Shown here: piece by piece, positions 17,018-28,501 of the stretch
How positions within the stretch are numbered: the stretch's first letter is position 1
Layout of the letters: the number at the start of each line of letters is the position of its first letter
NCBI GenBank assembly: GCA_046484865.1
Contig: JAWOID010000029.1
Span: 1-64,000, forward strand
Reading direction: 5' to 3'
DNA length: 64,000 nucleotides
From: Candidatus Krumholzibacteriia bacterium
Lineage (GTDB): Bacteria > Krumholzibacteriota > Krumholzibacteriia > LZORAL124-64-63
The notes under the pieces: generated by a model
Seen by the model: only the letters and a program-made list of their open reading frames with translations
Databases searched by the model: none
What the model was told of the DNA's origin: nothing
Position numbers and translations under genes: made by a program

Positions 17018-19121
17018 GCGGCGACGCCGGTTCGCACCCCTGCTGCTGGGGGCGGTGCTGCTGATCTTCTGGATCTCGGTCTGGGCATCGGCGCGCGACA
17101 CCGTGCTGGTGCAGGTCCCGCAACTGGACGAACGCCACTACCTGCTGGAGGCCGCGGCGGTGGCCCAGGGGCGCTGGCTGCCCGCCGAACCCTTCTACAT
17201 GTCGCCGCTCTATCCCTACCTGGCGGCGCTGGCCGGTGCCGGCACGGCCCTGGGCGAGGATGGCCTGGTGACCGAGCCGCCCTGGGGACTGTGGCTCCTG
17301 CAGGCAAGCCTGTGGGCCGTGGTGGCGTGGCTGATCCACCGCACGGCCTTCCGGATGCAGCGAGCCTGGGGTCGGTCGGTGCCCGCCGCCACCTGGCTGG
17401 CGCTGGTCCCCGTGCTCCTGTACCTGCTCTACCGCCCCGCGGTCGTCTTCGCACTGCTGCCGCTGCTGGAGGGGACGCTCACCTTCCTCGTCGTGGTGGT
17501 CCTCGACCGCCTCAGCGCCTGGAGCGCGGGTCAGCCGGAGTCGCCGGCGACCCGCGGGAGCGCTCCCGCGGCATCGCCCGCGCCCGCGCCGACGGCGACG
17601 CGCGCGGCGGGCACGACGGGCGGCTTTCCCCTGCCGTCCCGCCGGCAGGCCGTGATCGTGGGCCTGGCGATCGGGGCGGCCATCCTGCTGCGGGGCTCCA
17701 CCGCCGTGCTCCTGGTGCCGGCGGTCGCGGTCGTGGCCGCGGCCCCCGCCTCCCGCCGGTCACGGGTGCGGCGCGGTCTGCTGGTGGTCGCCGCCGCGGC
17801 CGTGCCGGTGTTGCCGGTGGTCGCCGTCAACAGTGCGCTCGCCGGCCGTCCGGTGGGGCCGAGCCTGAACGCCGGTGTCAACCTCTACATCGGCAACGGC
17901 CCGGAGGCGCAAGGGTTCTTCACCGTCTTCACCGAGTTCGATTTCTCCGGCGATCCCGCCGGCGTGGCCTACCTCGAGCGCAAGCTCGGACGCCCGGTGG
18001 CGGGACGCGCGGAGGCGGATCGCATCTGGGCTCGCGAGGCGTGGCGGGCCGTGCAGGCCGACCCCGTCGACGCGGCTCGCCTCTACCTCCGCAAGGTCTG
18101 GCTGCACCTGCAGGCATGGGAGATCGCGCAGCTCACCGCGCTGCCCGCCTGGAACGAGGCGGTGGCGCCGTTGAAGCTGCTGATCGTGCCCTATGGACTC
18201 CTGAGCACGCTGGGCCTGGCAGGCGCCGCACTGGTCGGCTGGCGCGAGCGCCGTCTGCGGCCCTGGCTCGCCGCGCTGGTGCTCCTGGTGGCGATGCAGA
18301 GCGTGTTCTTCGTGGTGGCGCGCTATCGCCAGGTGCTGGTGCCGATCCTCGCGCTGCTCGGCGGACTCCTGGTGACCATGCCGGAGTTGACCAGCGGTCT
18401 GCGCTCGGGCCGGAGGGCACCGGCCGCGGGCGGGCGGCCGGCTGATCCGGGTCGCCGGCGCGTGCAGGCGGGGGCGTTGCTGGCGGTGCTGCTGGCCGCG
18501 CTGGCGGTGTGGCCATGGGGGCTGGACGAGGTCCAGTCGCGCTGGCGTGCGCTGGGGTGGACGAACACGGCCCTGCGCTATCAGCTTCGTGCGGAACTGC
18601 GGCCGCGAACGGCCGCGGCCGACCTCGAGCGGGCCGGAGAGCTCCTGGAACAGGCCCTGCCGCTGATCCCGGATCGCCCGGAGCCTTACCGGGGACTGGC
18701 GCGTCTGCGAGCGGAGGCGGGCGACCTGGACGGGGCGCTCGCGTTGCTCGAGGAGGGGCTGGCGGCGGCCAGTTGGCCGGTGGGGCTGTACCCGGACCTG
18801 ATCGAACTGCTGCTCGGCCACGGCCGCGAGGAGCAGGCGCTGGTCGCGGTCACGACCTATCTGCAGTCGCGCCCCGACGACATCGACATGCGGCACAACC
18901 AGGTGGTGCTGCTCGACCGGCTGCGGCCGCCGGCGGAGGCGCTGGCGGCGGCGCGGCGGTTCCTGGCCGATCACCCCACAGACCCCCGCCCCTGGGTGGA
19001 CCTCGGCGTCCTGCTGGCGCGAGCGGGTCGTCCCGACGAGGCTCGCCAGGTCTTCGCAGCGGGCCTGCAGCGGCACCCTGGCCACCCGCACCTCACGGCC
19101 AACCTGGAACGGTTGCGATGA
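16983..19121 (+). CDS. Multi-TM GT-C-type glycosyltransferase-like protein with C-terminal TPR repeats
   Basis: First loop QLDERHY, PLYPY, NLYIGN, FFVVARYR, many TM segments and a TPR-like helical C-terminus. Confidence 0.7.
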   Translation: MATSSRSVSASERRRRFAPLLLGAVLLIFWISVWASARDTVLVQVPQLDERHYLLEAAAVAQGRWLPAEPFYMSPLYPYLAALAGAGTALGEDGLVTEPPWGLWLLQASLWAVVAWLIHRTAFRMQRAWGRSVPAATWLALVPVLLYLLYRPAVVFALLPLLEGTLTFLVVVVLDRLSAWSAGQPESPATRGSAPAASPAPAPTATRAAGTTGGFPLPSRRQAVIVGLAIGAAILLRGSTAVLLVPAVAVVAAAPASRRSRVRRGLLVVAAAAVPVLPVVAVNSALAGRPVGPSLNAGVNLYIGNGPEAQGFFTVFTEFDFSGDPAGVAYLERKLGRPVAGRAEADRIWAREAWRAVQADPVDAARLYLRKVWLHLQAWEIAQLTALPAWNEAVAPLKLLIVPYGLLSTLGLAGAALVGWRERRLRPWLAALVLLVAMQSVFFVVARYRQVLVPILALLGGLLVTMPELTSGLRSGRRAPAAGGRPADPGRRRVQAGALLAVLLAALAVWPWGLDEVQSRWRALGWTNTALRYQLRAELRPRTAAADLERAGELLEQALPLIPDRPEPYRGLARLRAEAGDLDGALALLEEGLAAASWPVGLYPDLIELLLGHGREEQALVAVTTYLQSRPDDIDMRHNQVVLLDRLRPPAEALAAARRFLADHPTDPRPWVDLGVLLARAGRPDEARQVFAAGLQRHPGHPHLTANLERLR

Positions 19122-19302
19122 GAAACGAGGCAGGCGCCGGCCGGGGACCCGCTCTCCTATCGCCCGCCGTCGGGACGCTCGTGCGGCGAAGATCGCATCC
19201 GACCGCTGGATCGAGCCGCCCCGCGCGTTGGGACCAGATGAGAGAGCGACTGGCGTCACGGCCCCACCGTGGCGCCGCGGTATCGAGACCGGAGGTGACC
19301 AC

Positions 19303-19938
19303 ATGAGCGAACGAGTTTTCGGTATGCGGCAGCACCTGGCCCTGGCGCTGGTGTTCCTGCTCGCCGGCGCGGGCACGGCGATGGCCCAGTCCGAAGCGAC
19401 CGACGACACCGGAATGATGGGGCCCCGCTTCGAGCGGATGGCCGAACAGCTGGACCTGTCCGCCGAGCAGCGTGAGGAACTGGCGTCGCTGCGCGAGCGG
19501 GGCCGGGCTGCAGCGCTGCAGCTGCGCAAGGATCTGCTGCGCCTGCGCCACGAGCGGCACGGCGAGATGATGGCGGACGAGCCGGACGCCCGACGGTTGA
19601 ACGACCTGGTGGAGCGGATGGGAGCGTTGCGCACGGAGCTGCAGAAGCATCACCTGGAGCAGCAGCTCGCCATGCGCCGGATCTTGACTGACGAGCAGCG
19701 CGATCGGATGCTGCTGATGCGTGGCCGAGGCGGGCCGGGTGCGGGTTGCGGCGACGGCTGCGGCGCTGTCCCGGGCTGCGGCGCCTTCGGGCGCGGCGGG
19801 CATGGGCCGGGGCGGGAAGCGATGGGTCCGGATCGTTGCGGAGGGGTCCGCCGATCCGGCCCGCACGGCCGGCAGGGCGCCGGGCGCGACGGGTTCGTGC
19901 CCCAGGGTCGCCGGTCCCGGGCCGACTCCGTCGACTGA
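19303..19938 (+). CDS. Spy/CpxP/ZraP-like periplasmic protein with Gly/Cys-rich tail
   Basis: Signal peptide; LDLSAEQ and ILTDEQR (LTxxQ-type) motifs; SD GGAGG. Confidence 0.8.
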   Translation: MSERVFGMRQHLALALVFLLAGAGTAMAQSEATDDTGMMGPRFERMAEQLDLSAEQREELASLRERGRAAALQLRKDLLRLRHERHGEMMADEPDARRLNDLVERMGALRTELQKHHLEQQLAMRRILTDEQRDRMLLMRGRGGPGAGCGDGCGAVPGCGAFGRGGHGPGREAMGPDRCGGVRRSGPHGRQGAGRDGFVPQGRRSRADSVD

Positions 19939-19950
19939 CGCACGGAACGC

Positions 19951-20622
19951 ATGGGGTCGGCTGCACGTGGGCTGACCGGGCAGCCGGGTGCGGGGGTGCG
20001 GTCGCCTGACAGCACCCCCGCCCTCGCGAGGAGCGCACGGGTGCAGGAACGGGCGGGAACGGAGGTGTCCGGGTGGAGCGACGACGAGCTCGTGGCTGCC
20101 GTGGCGCAAGGGGACGAGGCGGCGATGCGCACCCTCGTGGAGCGCTGGGAGCGACCGCTGCTCGGATTGCTGCGCCACCTGCTCGGCTCCGTGGAGGATG
20201 CCGAGGATCTGGCCCAGGAGACGTTCGTGCGCGTCTTCGAGCAGGCGAGGGATTACCGGGCACAGGGACTGTTCCGGTCGTGGCTGTTCCGCATCGCCGC
20301 CAATCTCGCCCGCAGCGGCCTGCGCCGGCGGCGCATCGTGCGCTGGGTGACGTTCGAACCGCTGCGCCACGACCGTCCGGCCCCCGGGCGCACGGCGGAG
20401 GACGAGCTGGCGGCGGCCGAGGAGCGCGAGCGGCTGCACCGCGCCCTGGCGCGATTGCCCTGGCGGCAACGCGAGGCGGTCGTACTCAAGCGCTTCCAGG
20501 GGCTGAGCTACGGCGAGATCGCCGGCATTCTGGGTACGACGGTCCCTGGAGTGGAGTCGCTGCTGCAGCGCGCGGCCACGGGCCTGCGCGCCCATCTGGA
20601 GCGTGAAGGAGGCGGGTCATGA
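19951..20622 (+). CDS. ECF RNA polymerase sigma factor (start may be GTG 20041 or 20065)
   Basis: DAEDLAQETFVR, FRSWLFRIAAN and LPWRQREAVVL...GLSYGEIA.ILG (regions 2 and 4). Confidence 0.92.
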   Translation: MGSAARGLTGQPGAGVRSPDSTPALARSARVQERAGTEVSGWSDDELVAAVAQGDEAAMRTLVERWERPLLGLLRHLLGSVEDAEDLAQETFVRVFEQARDYRAQGLFRSWLFRIAANLARSGLRRRRIVRWVTFEPLRHDRPAPGRTAEDELAAAEERERLHRALARLPWRQREAVVLKRFQGLSYGEIAGILGTTVPGVESLLQRAATGLRAHLEREGGGS

Positions 20623-21149
20623 GTTCCCGCGCAGAGGAGCGCCGCGAGCACCGGACAAGCGGGTCGGTCGAGCACGTTCGGCACCGGCTGCAGGCCTACG
20701 TCGATGGCGAGCTGCCGGAGAGCGAGCGCACCGCCGTCGAGCGGCACTGTGAGGGCTGCGCCGGGTGCCGGGCCGGTCTGGCGGAGCTCGCGGCCCTCTG
20801 GAACCGGGTGGAAGCCGCGCGGCTTCCCGAGCCCACCGGAACGCCGGGGCTCTGGTCCCGGGTTCGGCCCGGCGCCGGCGGCGACGCCGACCACGGGCGG
20901 AGTGCGGGGCGGCGGCCGGATCGCGCTGGCCGGCGATCGCCGCGGCTCCACTGGGGATTCTCGGGTGCGGCACTGGCGGCGGGCGTGGCGCTCGGCCTGC
21001 TGGTGGGGCGCGGCGGGCAGCCCGCCGGAAGCGAGTCTGCGCCGGACCTGGCGTTGTTCGGGGTCGAATCGGTGATCCTGAGCGACGCGGAAGGCACCCT
21101 GGGGGCACTGTGGCTGGCTGCCGCCGCAGGCGAGGAGGACGGCTCGTGA
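20619..21149 (+). CDS. Membrane anti-sigma factor (zf-HC2)
   Basis: AYVDGEL...HCEGCAGC (HxxxCxxC) followed by one TM helix; start overlaps the sigma stop. Confidence 0.85.
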   Translation: MSSRAEERREHRTSGSVEHVRHRLQAYVDGELPESERTAVERHCEGCAGCRAGLAELAALWNRVEAARLPEPTGTPGLWSRVRPGAGGDADHGRSAGRRPDRAGRRSPRLHWGFSGAALAAGVALGLLVGRGGQPAGSESAPDLALFGVESVILSDAEGTLGALWLAAAAGEEDGS

Positions 21150-21796
21150 GGCGGGGGGTGCTGGTCCTGCTGCTGGTCTCCCTGGGAATCAACCTGGGGC
21201 TGGGCTACCGACTGCTCGTGGAACGGCGTGCGTCCGTGGAGGGTTCGGCCGAAGGAGCCGCGCCCGCGCAGCGGAGCGGAACTGTCGTCCGCCCGGGTCA
21301 GACCGGCGGCCCCGGCGGCCCCGGCGGGGTCGGCGGCCCCGGCAGGCAAGGCGGCCTCGGCCCGGCGCTGCAGGACAGCGCGGTCTGGAGCCGTCAGGTC
21401 GACCATCGGCTCGAGCGCTTGCAGGCGCAGCTCGACCTGCCGCCGGAGCGGGCCGAGGAGTTCGCCCGGCTCCACCGCCAGCATGCCGCGCGACTGTGGG
21501 AACTCGGTCGCGAGTTGCGCGAGCGCCGGCTCGCGGTCCGTGCGGTCCTCGAGTCGAGCCAGCGTGACCGGCACCGCGTCCGGCGTGCGGTGATGGAACT
21601 GAACGGCGTGCAGGCGAGGCTCGACTCGGCGGTGGCCGAGGCCATGCTGGCCGAGCTGGAGGCGTTGCCGCCCGACGGCCAGATCCGCTACCTGGAGGCG
21701 TTGCCGTGGCAACGCTGGGGACCGGGACGTCACGGTGGGCGCCAGGGCCCGCGGCACGGTCGTCCGGACGCCGGGTGGGGCGGCAGCCAGCCTTGA
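21146..21796 (+). CDS. Periplasmic heavy-metal-sensor / Spy-like protein (CnrX/ZraP-like)
   Basis: N-terminal anchor LLLVSLGINLGL; LDLPPE...LPPDGQ..Y helical hairpin; GTG start overlaps the anti-sigma stop. Confidence 0.7.
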   Translation: MRRGVLVLLLVSLGINLGLGYRLLVERRASVEGSAEGAAPAQRSGTVVRPGQTGGPGGPGGVGGPGRQGGLGPALQDSAVWSRQVDHRLERLQAQLDLPPERAEEFARLHRQHAARLWELGRELRERRLAVRAVLESSQRDRHRVRRAVMELNGVQARLDSAVAEAMLAELEALPPDGQIRYLEALPWQRWGPGRHGGRQGPRHGRPDAGWGGSQP

Positions 21797-21964
21797 CACG
21801 ACCGATTCCGCCAACGTATTTAATGGTGCGGCTCGCGAGGCAGACTTCGCTGCGGCCCGGTGCTCCCCAGAAACGTTTCCGGTGCGACCGACGGCTCCCC
21901 ACCCTGTCAGGGTCTTTCGTCACCACGGTTCACACCGACGTCGCCCATCCCCGAGGGGGTCCTC

Positions 21965-23182
21965 ATGACCAAGGTGCGCTTCATCCTGCTGGTGGTTCTG
22001 GCGGCGGTGCTGGCCATGGCGGGATGCCGCTCGGCTCATACCACGAGTGCCATCCTCTACATCGAGGAGCAGCAGTACCAGAAGGCCGTCAACGTGATCC
22101 ACGAGGGCTTCCGGTATCGCGATGACGAGCCGGACGCTTACTACTGGCTGGGCGAGGCGTACAGCAAGCTGGCGGAGGAAGCCGTCCGGAACAACGATTT
22201 CCTGGCCGCCCGGCGCCATTACGAGCTTTCCTACGAGAGCTACCTGCGCGCGGTCGAGCTGGGCTCGGAGTCGTTCAGCCAGCAGGTGGAGACAGCCCTG
22301 CTGAACAACTACACGCTGCGCAGCAACGAGGCGAAACAGAATTACCAGCAGCAGTACTACGAGCAGGCGGAAGGCCATTTCCGGCTGGCTTACGCTGCTT
22401 TGCCGGACTCGATCGCTTCCATCCGCAACATCGCGAGCATGAAGATGGAGCAGGCCTTCAACACCGAGGACGAGCAGGAGCGGCGACGGTTCTTCCAGGA
22501 CTCGCTGGCGCTGCTCGATCAGGTGCTGGCCGAGCATCCGGACGCATACCTCCTGCAGGTGAACAAGGCCAGCGTCCTGGCACAGCTCGGCCGGGCCGAC
22601 GAGGCCGGGCTGATCTACGACGAACTGCTGCGCGAGCACGCGGACGATCCGGTGCTGCTGCAGGACGTGGCCCGGCTGTCCCTCACGCAGGGAGATTACG
22701 GCCGCGCCGCCGAGCTCAACGTGCGCACGGCCGACATCTACGCCAACGACACCGACCCGACCAATGACGACGAGATCAAGCAACTGCTCGTGAACGCCGG
22801 CACCTGGTTCGCGTTGCCCAACGTGGCGCGATTCGAGGAGGCCCTCGCGGCCCTGGATCGCGCGGCGGAGCGCGAGGTGATCGTTCCCAGCGAGCAGCTG
22901 ATGCTCACGCGCGTGCAGACGTACTACCAGTACGGCAAGGCGCTGCAGGAGGAGGCGGAAGAGGCCTCGACGCCCGAGCGCCAGGCCGAGCTGCTGCGCG
23001 AGGCCGACGCGCAGTTCCAGCGCTCGGTGGAGGTCGGCAACGCGCTGACGAATCAGTATCCGTCGTCGGCCGAGGGCTACCTCTACCTCATGCTCAGCCA
23101 CATCGAACTGGAAGACATGACGGCGGCGGAGATCAACCAGAAGCAGTACGAGGAACTCAGGACCGAGGGTGTCACGCCCTAG
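21965..23182 (+). CDS. TPR-repeat lipoprotein
   Basis: Lipobox LAMAG-C and repeated TPR-like helices. A possible promoter TTGACA-N18-TATTTA lies at 21793-21822. Confidence 0.8.
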   Translation: MTKVRFILLVVLAAVLAMAGCRSAHTTSAILYIEEQQYQKAVNVIHEGFRYRDDEPDAYYWLGEAYSKLAEEAVRNNDFLAARRHYELSYESYLRAVELGSESFSQQVETALLNNYTLRSNEAKQNYQQQYYEQAEGHFRLAYAALPDSIASIRNIASMKMEQAFNTEDEQERRRFFQDSLALLDQVLAEHPDAYLLQVNKASVLAQLGRADEAGLIYDELLREHADDPVLLQDVARLSLTQGDYGRAAELNVRTADIYANDTDPTNDDEIKQLLVNAGTWFALPNVARFEEALAALDRAAEREVIVPSEQLMLTRVQTYYQYGKALQEEAEEASTPERQAELLREADAQFQRSVEVGNALTNQYPSSAEGYLYLMLSHIELEDMTAAEINQKQYEELRTEGVTP

Positions 23183-23226
23183 GTTCGGGCGCGTCTCGCG
23201 GCCGGGCGGATGCATGCAGAGATGCC

Positions 23227-23242
23227 CGGCACGCCCCTTGCA
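23227..23242 (+). promoter_or_regulatory. Candidate sigma-54 (-24/-12) promoter upstream of rho
   Basis: CGGCACGCCCCTTGCA against consensus TGGCACG-N3-TTTGC, with exact GG-N10-GC spacing. Confidence 0.5.
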
Positions 23243-23502
23243 ACACGCTCGGACGACGCCGTTCACGGCGGCCCGTCCAGGCGCGGGGAATCCGGGTGGG
23301 AAAAATGAGTCCCGGAGCTGGGCAGCAGCCGGAAAATTGTGCTAGATTGTCTGGCAAGTTCCGATCTGCCCGTCGATCCAACACCATCCAAGGGACCGAA
23401 TTCAAATAGCGGCCACCAGCTGGCACCGGCGTACGTTCGGGTGTGCCCGTCCATGCTCCCGATAGCGCCCGTCTCCCTCCAGTCACCGATCAGAGGAGAA
23501 CC

Positions 23503-24750
23503 ATGGACATCAAGGAACTGCAGGAGATGGCCATCCACGAGCTCGTGGAGGTAGCTCGCGGAATGAACATCGAGGCCGTCAGCACGCTGCGCAAGAGCGA
23601 GCTGATCTTCAAGATCCTCGAGGGTCAGACGGAGAAGAACGGCCTGATCTATGCCGAGGGCGTACTCCAGGTGCTCGCCGAGGGTTATGGCTTCCTGCGT
23701 TCGGCCAAGTACAACTACCTGCCGGGCCCCGACGACATCTACCTCTCGCCGTCCCAGATCAAGAAGTTCGATCTGAAGACGGGCGACACCATAGCCGGGC
23801 AGGTGCGACCGCCGAAGGACAACGAGCGCTACTTCGCGCTGCTCAAGGTGGAGTCGGTCAACTATCAGGATCCCGAGACGGCCAAGAAGGTCACGCTCTT
23901 CGACAATCTGACGCCGCTCTACCCCGAGGAACTGATCAACGTCGAGAACAAGCCGACCGACCTGACCACACGACTGATCAACCTCATGGCGCCCATCGGC
24001 AAGGGTCAGCGCGGGCTCATCGTCTCGCCGCCGCGCGCGGGCAAGACCATCATCCTCCAGAAGATCGCCAACTCCATCACGACCAACCATCCCGAGGTGC
24101 ACCTCATCGTCCTGCTCATCGACGAGCGGCCGGAGGAGGTCACGGACATGGCCCGGTCGGTCAACGGCGAGGTGATCAGCTCCACCTTCGACGAACCTGC
24201 GGAACGGCACGTGCAGGTGGCGAACATGGTGCTGGCCAAGAGCCGCCGCCTCGTGGAGCACGGCAAGGACGTGGTGATCCTCCTCGATTCCATCACGCGA
24301 CTGGCGCGGGCCCACAACGCCGTGGTGCCGCACTCCGGCAAGATCCTCTCCGGCGGCGTGGATTCGAACGCCCTGCAGAAGCCCAAGCGATTCTTCGGCG
24401 CGGCGCGAAACATCGAGGAGGGGGGCTCGCTGACGATCATCGCGACGGCGCTCATCGAGACCGGTTCGCGCATGGACGAGGTGATCTTCGAGGAGTTCAA
24501 GGGCACCGGCAACATGGAACTGGTACTCGACCGCAAGATCGCGGACCGGCGCATCTACCCGGCGATCGACATCTTCAAGTCGGGTACGCGCAAGGAAGAC
24601 CTCCTGCTGGACAAGAAGGACCTCAGCAAGATCTGGATCCTTCGCAAGTACCTGTCCGACTACAGCCCGATCGAGGCCATGGAATTCCTCATCGACAAGC
24701 TCGGCAAGACCAAGGACAACAACCAGTTCCTGGCGGCGATGAACACCTGA
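23503..24750 (+). CDS. rho: Transcription termination factor Rho
   Basis: [39 protein letters not shown] and [19 protein letters not shown]. Confidence 0.98.
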   Translation: MDIKELQEMAIHELVEVARGMNIEAVSTLRKSELIFKILEGQTEKNGLIYAEGVLQVLAEGYGFLRSAKYNYLPGPDDIYLSPSQIKKFDLKTGDTIAGQVRPPKDNERYFALLKVESVNYQDPETAKKVTLFDNLTPLYPEELINVENKPTDLTTRLINLMAPIGKGQRGLIVSPPRAGKTIILQKIANSITTNHPEVHLIVLLIDERPEEVTDMARSVNGEVISSTFDEPAERHVQVANMVLAKSRRLVEHGKDVVILLDSITRLARAHNAVVPHSGKILSGGVDSNALQKPKRFFGAARNIEEGGSLTIIATALIETGSRMDEVIFEEFKGTGNMELVLDRKIADRRIYPAIDIFKSGTRKEDLLLDKKDLSKIWILRKYLSDYSPIEAMEFLIDKLGKTKDNNQFLAAMNT

Positions 24751-24844
24751 GCCGCCCGATTCCAGATTTCTCTTGCCCGGGACCCGCTCCGGTATTTCCT
24801 TGTGGCCGCACGCGGCAGCACCGCAATGGAGAAGGACTGGAAAC

Positions 24845-25063
24845 ATGAAGGACAATATTCACCCCGAGTACGTCGATTGCGAGATCACCTGCCTCTGCGG
24901 CAACGTGATCCAGACGCGCTCGACCAAGCCGAAGCTCAGCGTCGAGATCTGCTCCCAGTGCCATCCGTTCTTCACCGGGCAGCAGAAGATCGTCGATACC
25001 GCCGGCCGGATCGAGCGTTTCCGCAAGCGGTACGAGGGCGTCAACTACGGCGGCAAGAAGTAG
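24845..25063 (+). CDS. rpmE: 50S ribosomal protein L31 (Zn-binding type)
   Basis: MKDNIHPEY...CLCGN...[10 protein letters not shown]...GRIERF. Confidence 0.97.
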   Translation: MKDNIHPEYVDCEITCLCGNVIQTRSTKPKLSVEICSQCHPFFTGQQKIVDTAGRIERFRKRYEGVNYGGKK

Positions 25064-25322
25064 CGGCTTGGGGCCGTCGCGGTGGCGACGCCCGCCTTCA
25101 CGGACCAAGATTGCGAGGGTGCCGGAACGACGAGTCTGGTACCCTCTTTTCATTGCCGGCGAGCCGCCGGCCGGGGCCGTGAGCGGGCGTCGAGGGTGCT
25201 GCCGGAACTTCCACTTGCAGCCGGACGTTGCCGTGGGGTCGCGCGGGGGCCCGAGCGATGGCGCCGCGGCGGGCGCAGCTGGCGCCGACGACCCGCAACG
25301 GCGCACCCGGAGGGAGAAAGCG

Positions 25323-26380
25323 ATGCTGCTGAAGAGCCGCGACCGACAGGACGCCGCCGCCCCGGAATGCGATGCCCGACAGCTGGATCTGGCCGTCGGC
25401 GGCCAGGCCGTGATCGAGGGCGTGATGATGCGCAGCCCCACCGCCCTGGCCACAGCGGTGCGCACTCCGGACGGGCGGGTGGTCATCCGCAAGAAGCCCT
25501 TCCGCAGCATCGTCCGGAAGCTCCCGTTCCTGAACGTCCCGGTGCTGCGCGGCGGCGTGCACCTGGTGGAGACGATCGGGCTGGGCATCGACGCGCTCAT
25601 GTTCTCGGCCGACCAGTCCATCAGCGAGGACCGGGTGGACCGGAGCAAGCCGCGCCTGCGCGACACGGCGATGATGTGGGGCACCGTCGTGCTGGCCTTC
25701 GCGCTCAGCCTCGGCCTCTTCTTCTATCTGCCGCTGGTCCTGACGGATCTGATCGGGGTGGAAGGGACGCTCTGGTTCAACGTGGTGGACGGCATCATCC
25801 GGGTGGCTCTGTTCGTGGCCTACCTGCTGGCGGTGAGCAAGCTGCCGGACATGGCCCGCGTCTTCCAGTATCACGGGGCGGAGCACAAGTCGATCCACGC
25901 GTTCGAGAACGGCCGCCCGCTCACCGCGGCGGGGGCGCGCCCCTTCACCACGCTCCACCCGCGCTGCGGCACCAGCTTCCTCTTCTTCGTGATGCTCATC
26001 TCCATCCTGGTGTTCGTCGCGCTCGGCAAACCCGACTCGGTGGGGGATCGCCTGGAGCGGCTGCTGTTCGTGCCCCTCATCGGCGGTCTGGCATACGAGG
26101 CCATCAAGCTCTCCGGCCGCTTCGCCACGGCCTGGTGGCTGAAGCCCGCCATCGGTCCGGGCCTGGCCCTGCAGCGGATCACCACCAGCCCGCCCGACGA
26201 CAGCCAGCTCGAGGTGGGAATGGCCGCCCTGCGCGCCGTGCTTGCGCCGGAAGCCGATGGCTTCGCCACCAGGGTCTACTACGACCTCCCCGAGACGGCC
26301 GACGAGGATGACGCCGGCGCGAACGAGGACGGAGCCCTGACGGCCGGCGACGCTGCCGCGGAGCGGCCGGGAGGCGCCGC

Positions 26381-26384
<4 letters not shown>
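25323..26384 (+). CDS. DUF1385 membrane protein
   Basis: [22 protein letters not shown] and HPRCGTSF; typical position between rpmE and prfA. Confidence 0.9.
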
Positions 26385-27457
<1,073 letters not shown>

Positions 27458-27488
27458 CGCGGTTGAACCCGCCCCCGCCGGCGCGCAC

Positions 27489-28367
27489 ATGACCGACCTG
27501 CACAGCATTCGCGAACTGATCCGGGTGACGACGGCGTACCTCGAGCAACGGGGCGTGGAGTCGGCGCGGCTGAACGCCGAGCGTTTGCTCGCCGACGTCC
27601 TGGACCTCTCGCGCATGGAGCTGTACTTCCAGCACGACCGGCCGGTGGCGGGCGCGGAACTCGACCGCTATCGCGATCTCGTGCGGCAGCGCGGCCGCGG
27701 CGAGCCGCTGCAGACGCTCATCGGCGAGGCCGAGTTCTACTCCCGTCCGTTCAAGGTGGAGCCCGGGGTCTTCATTCCGCGGCCGGAGACGGAGCGACTG
27801 GTGGAACTGGCGGTCCAGATGCTGACGCCGCCGGACCATCGTCTCCTGGCGCCCCGGGCCATGGAGATCGGAGCGGGCAGCGGCGTGATCGCCTGCTCGC
27901 TGGCGCTCGAGGTGCCCCGGCTCGAGATCTGGACCACCGACGTGAACCCGCGCGCGGTGGCTCTGACGGAGGACAACGCCGGCCGCCTGGGCGTGGGCGC
28001 CCGCGTGCACCCGTTGCAGGGCGACCTCGCCTTTGCTCTGCCGGCGACCTTGCGCGGGTCCGTGGACCTGCTGGTGAGCAATCCGCCGTACGTCCGCAGC
28101 GGCGACCTGGCCGGTTTGCCGAGAGAGGTCCGCCGCGACCCGCCGGCGGCGCTGGACGGCGGGCCCGACGGGCTGCGCTTCTATCGTGCCGTCGCCGAGC
28201 TCGCGCCGGAATGGCTGCGGCCGGGGGCGGGCCTGGCGCTGGAGATCGGCGACGACCAGGGCGAACCGGTGGCGGCGATCGTCACGGCCGCCGGCGGCAC
28301 CCAGGTGACCGTGCACGAGGACTACGCCCGCCGTCCGCGTGTGGTGACCGCGCGCTGGCCGGGCTGA
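27489..28367 (+). CDS. prmC: Release factor glutamine methyltransferase
   Basis: FIPRPETE, EIGAGSG, SNPPY and ALDGGPDGL; directly follows prfA. Confidence 0.95.
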   Translation: MTDLHSIRELIRVTTAYLEQRGVESARLNAERLLADVLDLSRMELYFQHDRPVAGAELDRYRDLVRQRGRGEPLQTLIGEAEFYSRPFKVEPGVFIPRPETERLVELAVQMLTPPDHRLLAPRAMEIGAGSGVIACSLALEVPRLEIWTTDVNPRAVALTEDNAGRLGVGARVHPLQGDLAFALPATLRGSVDLLVSNPPYVRSGDLAGLPREVRRDPPAALDGGPDGLRFYRAVAELAPEWLRPGAGLALEIGDDQGEPVAAIVTAAGGTQVTVHEDYARRPRVVTARWPG

Positions 28368-28501
28368 CGGCCGAGCGGTCGGGAACCGGGGTTGTCGCGG
28401 TCACGGCCGCGACGAGGGCGTGAGGATCGCCGCGAGGACCACGGGCCGCCGCGGTCGAGGCCACGGCGGAACGGTCGGGCCGCTCCAGGAGGACGTCGAC
28501 G

